From: Macrostomum lignano
Lineage: Eukaryota
DNA length: 60,537 nucleotides
Reading direction: 5' to 3'
Assembly: GCA_002269645.1 (NCBI GenBank)
Contig: NIVC01004107.1
Location: forward strand, 1 to 60,537
How positions within the stretch are numbered: the first letter of the stretch is position 1; every line of letters starts with the position of its first letter. Under the pieces are notes generated by a model. The model was not told the DNA's origin, did no database searches, and saw only the letters and a list, made by a program, of their open reading frames with translations. Below are positions 55,982 through 60,537 of this stretch, in pieces. The translations under genes and the position numbers were made by a program.

Positions 55982-58119
55982 CAGACTGGATTTGACTTGA
56001 AATTTCGACTGGAAACCCCTGAGGGAAAACCTCGGCGAGAAATTCTCGCGCTCCTGTGTCAGACTGTCATGCTGAAATTAGACACTTTTTGAGCGTCAGA
56101 ATAACAGTGAAGTCTGAAAACAAGAATCAGGGTAATTCCGCCGATTGCTATCAAATAAATTACGGTTTTGATTTTCAAAAAAATTCTCAAGCATGCAAAC
56201 ATTGTATTGAATTGCAGAGTTACCTGGTCATTCCTGGCAAAAAAATTCTGGGTCAACACGCCTATTAAATACTGCTATGTGACAAGCAGCCATTGCCTTC
56301 TTCAGCTTCTTCGTCTTCTGCATTGAGTCGTCATGAGATGCCGATTTTAACAAAGCAGACTATTAAAACTTCTAAATTCCAATCATCATTTTAGCTTTAA
56401 ATAGCAATTTTCAGCATCTTTCATTTGTGCTGTTTAAATGTGACTCTAAATAAAAACTGCATGTTCTGCTTGACGTTGACTTTAGAAATTTTTTTATGTT
56501 AAGGCCACTTACGCGATTTATAAAAATTATGCGGGTATTTTAGCTAAGGTTATTAAAATTGGCGCCAAAATTTTGCAACCCAATGAAATAATGAAATAAC
56601 TTTAAATTGTTTTCATATTTTATTTATTACCATAATATTTACGTAGCTTATAATTTAGATGAGAGCACGTGTTTGTAAGTTTATCAATGACAAAATAATT
56701 TTGTTTAGAGACTCGATCGCAAACGCGATATCAGAATTTTGGCACGAATTTGAAATGAAGATTCTTTTTTACGGATGCGTGTAAGTGGACGAGTATTAGC
56801 AAGTTCTGTGCAAATTCAAACAATTAAAATCGGAACTTTAAACTCGTTTAAAAAAGATACTCATTGAAATATGTTAATTAGCTATAGTCAGCCCAACACC
56901 GCGCATTAGTGTAAATACCAATCTTATTCGCTTCTGCATAGAAGTAGAATATTCAAATGTGTGTTTGTTTCAGAAAAAATAAACTGCCAAACTCAAATTA
57001 CACGTATTTAGGCGGTATTTGCACTTTAATTGCTCTTTTTTAGTAAAACTTCAAAGCACTCTTTAAAGTTATACAAAGGTAGCTAAAATACACAAAAAAT
57101 AACGGCAACACCTATTGAACACCTTCGTTGCTAATAATTTAGTTTTTGATCGAAATCGCAATGTTTTGTAATTCTAATATTGTGCACTATTATTAACTTT
57201 TAAAATATTTTCAAGTCACTTTAGGAGAGGTTAACTTTTTTATTCGATTAGACAAGTAGACTGAGAAATGTTCGACAAAGTTCCGCTGTGCACACTATAG
57301 TAGACTCTTAGAGTTCCAGCAAGTACAGATCATATTTCAACAAGGTTTGCCTTCTCAATAATTGATTGTGTGGCCCGTGAAGTGAAGCAAGCACAAGCAG
57401 GTGCAAGCTTACAATATAAGATTGTCTCTCTCGTTTTCGAATGCAAGCTAATGACAATTTTTGATTAAATTTACACGGAAAACAAAAAAAAACAATTCAC
57501 TCGTCCAGCCTGTAAGGGCATTCAATTTGCTGAATGGTCTCAAAGGATATCATAAACCTATCTCTAGATCTACATGACTATAGATTATTTGTCTGCATCA
57601 AATCTTTCGCTCAGATTGTTTTATACTAACATGTAGTTCCAATAACGTAAACATTCGACACAGTTACTTTAATTATCGAATGGGAAATACCTCGTATATT
57701 TTAGACTTTCGCTTAGCTACTAAGCTACTTACATGTAGCTACTGATAATAGTATCGTCCGTCTATTAATTCGGCCATGGACAGCTGAAGTTAGAAGGAAG
57801 CTAACGGTAGATTTTCTTAGAAATGAACCGGAGGGCCAGTTAAAGAAACGCATGTTTGTCGTAATCGCTACATGCGCTAGTATCCCGTACAGCGACCAGC
57901 GACCATGCAGTTATCATTTTAATATACACATATGTAGATGAAAATTGTAAGCTGCGAAGCTAAAAACTACGAGAGTACGAAATTTATTAAAAAATAAACG
58001 TGAACTAATACATCATCCTTAACAACAAGACCGGTAAATTCGTGTGTGGCTTTCGTCCGGATGAAATTTGGGGGCTTGCAAGGTAAGGCCGCATTGAGGC
58101 GCAGTGCTGATTGGCGCAA

Positions 58120-59200
58120 CAACAACAATAACAACAAATTACGCAGCCCCGCATGCAAAGTCAAAGAGCAGGGTGCGTTAGATGGCGCGCCGCAGAGCTT
58201 TGGGGCGGACGAAGTCACGCTCAGGCGCTTTTCGCCGTGGCGACGACCGATGCGTCTGCGCAGCAGGAAGCCGTCGTCAGCCGAGGGGAGTGCGGTCCGA
58301 AGTACCCAGTCCAGCAGCAGCACGAAGAGGAACGGCGCTAGCGTATCACCCCGCAGAACTCCTGATGAAGTATCGAACAGGTCAGACAGGCCCACAGCAG
58401 CTCGAGTGTCGCGATACAGCGCCATGACAGCGTCGATTAGCTGCTGTGGGACCCGGCAGACTCGAAGGACAAAGGGAAGCGCGGCTCTCAACACCGAGTC
58501 AAACGCCTTTCGAAAGTCAACGAAGACAATGATCAGCGTAGACTGGCGGATGCGCGCCTCCTCGATGACCCGGCGGAGTGCGAGGATCTGTGTCACTGTA
58601 CCGCGTTGCGGCCGGAATCCGTTCTGCTCGTGCCGCAGGTTCGGGTCCAGCACCGACTGCAGGCGATCGAGCAGCAGCCGGTTGAAGGAGCATCGCGGTG
58701 CAGGACATCAGCGAGATCCCGCGGTGGTCTTCTTTCTGCGTTTTCCCTGCCTACTTTGGGATCGGTACAATGTGTGCAACGGTTCACTTGGTGGGCGTAG
58801 GAGCGCCGGCAAGCACGCGGTTCATGACGCCTGTGACCTGGGAGGCCACACAGCGGAGCCGCAGCGCCTCGACCGGGACCTCGTCGGGGCCGAGCGCCTT
58901 GCCGCCTGGTGTTTTCCGAGCGTACAGCACAACGTCCTCCGTGGTGACTGGTCTGGTGCAGAAGTCCTTCTCAGCTGGGAGCGGCTTGTCCAGTGGGAGC
59001 GCAAAGCTAGCAGGCAGCACAAAGGGTTGCCTGCTTACAAGGGGTGTATTGAATACTTCGAACTTCTGTCAAAATTTTTGAATATGCTTTTTCTTGTTTA
59101 AGATGGCGCGCAACACAAAGTTAGCCACAAAGTTACTTTCGTGTGCCTGCGTTGCTTCGTTCTGGTGCAGCAAAAAAATTCTGGAGAGTCGCCCCATGTT
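58120..59200 (-). mobile_element. Degenerate non-LTR retrotransposon (RTE-like) reverse transcriptase fragment
   Basis: KALGPDEVP, HIVPIPK, HRGISLMS, EQNGFRP, FVDFRKAFDSV, GVLRGDTLAPFLFVL; in-frame stops. Sequence ends before the YADD motif and is followed by a (TTG)n-like tail. The 5' boundary is approximate. Confidence 0.9.
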
Positions 59201-59882
59201 AGTTCGACGGGCGGAAAATGGATTGGTAAGAGCGTAGCTATTCCTACTGATAAACAATAGCTAAAGATGTCTAAAATTTGCGCCTTACCTTATGATCGTA
59301 ATGTACGAGCATAGGATGGTGCGTAAGATATAAAGTTACGCTCGTAATATAGAATCATAATTTTCTGGACGAAAAGCTCTATGAATACCAAGTAGAGCTA
59401 TAAAAAAGACAAGAAATATCAAAAGATGAATATTGGGTCTGTCTCCTATCATAACAATAACATATTTTTCCGGTCCTTCTTTTTTCATAGTCCTTGAAAT
59501 GTGTATCCAAGAGAAATTCTTTAACTTTTGGACTTAATCTAATAATCTGAAAAGCTGTACTCGTAAGTACTGTCCACACACGGCCCTGTTGTACACCGAC
59601 TTTTTCAACAATTTGTACGCTCGTACTCAAGCGAGCGACGCAAAATAACTGATGTATGGAAAATACAACTTTCGGTTGCGATAAAAATCAACTTTGCTCA
59701 TTCAGTACAGATTGTTACTCTATTTTGGTGCATCAAATACCTACTGCAAATGCATGTAAATCATTGATGTAACTGTTTGTAAAGAAGACACTGACTTCAG
59801 GTTAAATCGCACTAGGACCCTACGAGTACTTTAGATCGTATTGTGTAAATCACAAGCAAATATATTTATTGACTTTGCTGAG

Positions 59883-60151
59883 ACCTGGACGCTGACCGGG
59901 GCGCTTGAGGCGCAGCTCGACGCGGCACATGCGGCCCTAGTCCGCGCCGCTTTCGGCGCCCGCCGCGGCCCTGGCAGCGAGACAACCGAGTCCCTGTACA
60001 AGCGCACAGGCCTGACGCGGCCTTCTGCCCTGCTGAGTCAGCGGCGCCTGCGGCTGGCCGGACATGTCATCCGGGCCGAAGCCTACTGCCCAGAGCCGCT
60101 GCAGGACGCTCCCCCCTTTTGGCCACTTCTGTGGCTGGCGTGGGGCGTAAC

Positions 60152-60200
<49 letters not shown>
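59883..60200 (+). mobile_element. 5'-truncated RTE-like LINE 3' end with (ATT)n tail
   Basis: ETWTLT...RRLRLAGHVIR is typical of the RTE ORF C-terminus. (ATT)n tail at ~60152-60200; imperfect TSD TTATTGACTTT(T)G(C/T)TGAG at 59866-59882 and 60196-60213. Confidence 0.85.
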
Positions 60201-60537
60201 GACTTTTGTTGAGCTAGTTTGATAATGAAATTTAATGTTGTAAAAAGCGTTCGATAAACCTATAAATGTCTTGTTAAACAGAATAATATAACTGGATAAT
60301 TTCTAATTTTATTTTCTTATATTGCGACTCAATCAGCCTATTCAAGTGCAGCTTACGCTAAATTAACGCATCGATAATTAAAATGTTAAACTTTTATCAA
60401 TTCAATTGTGAGATAAAATTAATTAGCAGGTTGGTCGATGTTACCTGCAAGACCAACAGCATTTGTCACGTGCTAAACCGCTGAGTTTGACCTTAGCCAT
60501 ACCGTCAGACAAGCCTCGCTGCAAACGGAGTTCGGTG

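Overview
Eukaryotic (metazoan, intron-rich) genomic window. The GC-rich exons with poly-Q/poly-A tracts and the very high tandem-repeat load suggest an invertebrate such as the flatworm Macrostomum, but this is inference only. Four spliced genes were reconstructed by hand, with GT-AG boundaries and consistent intron phases. (1) A DRAK/STK17-like Ser/Thr kinase (minus strand, 3 exons found, C-lobe exons not found). (2) A complete 8-exon otopetrin proton-channel gene (plus, 5983-24361, 919 aa), head-to-head with the kinase. (3) A complete 3-exon DEG/ENaC-family channel (minus, 38368-29281, 756 aa) with altered HG and GxS motifs. (4) A 7-exon non-alpha nicotinic acetylcholine receptor subunit (plus, 49650-55287) with a single 1-nt frameshift. 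Mobile DNA: an internally deleted Tc1 element with TIRs and TA TSD, a hAT-type MITE with a perfect 8-bp TSD, two copies of a tRNA-derived SINE and two RTE-like LINE fragments. About 30 distinct mini/microsatellite arrays fill introns and intergenic DNA and account for nearly all long ORFs in the supplied track. The most unusual signals are minisatellites sitting right next to almost every otopetrin splice site (two of them related 23-mers), and substitutions at key functional residues in two of the ion channels. No CRISPR array, rRNA or intact tRNA was found.
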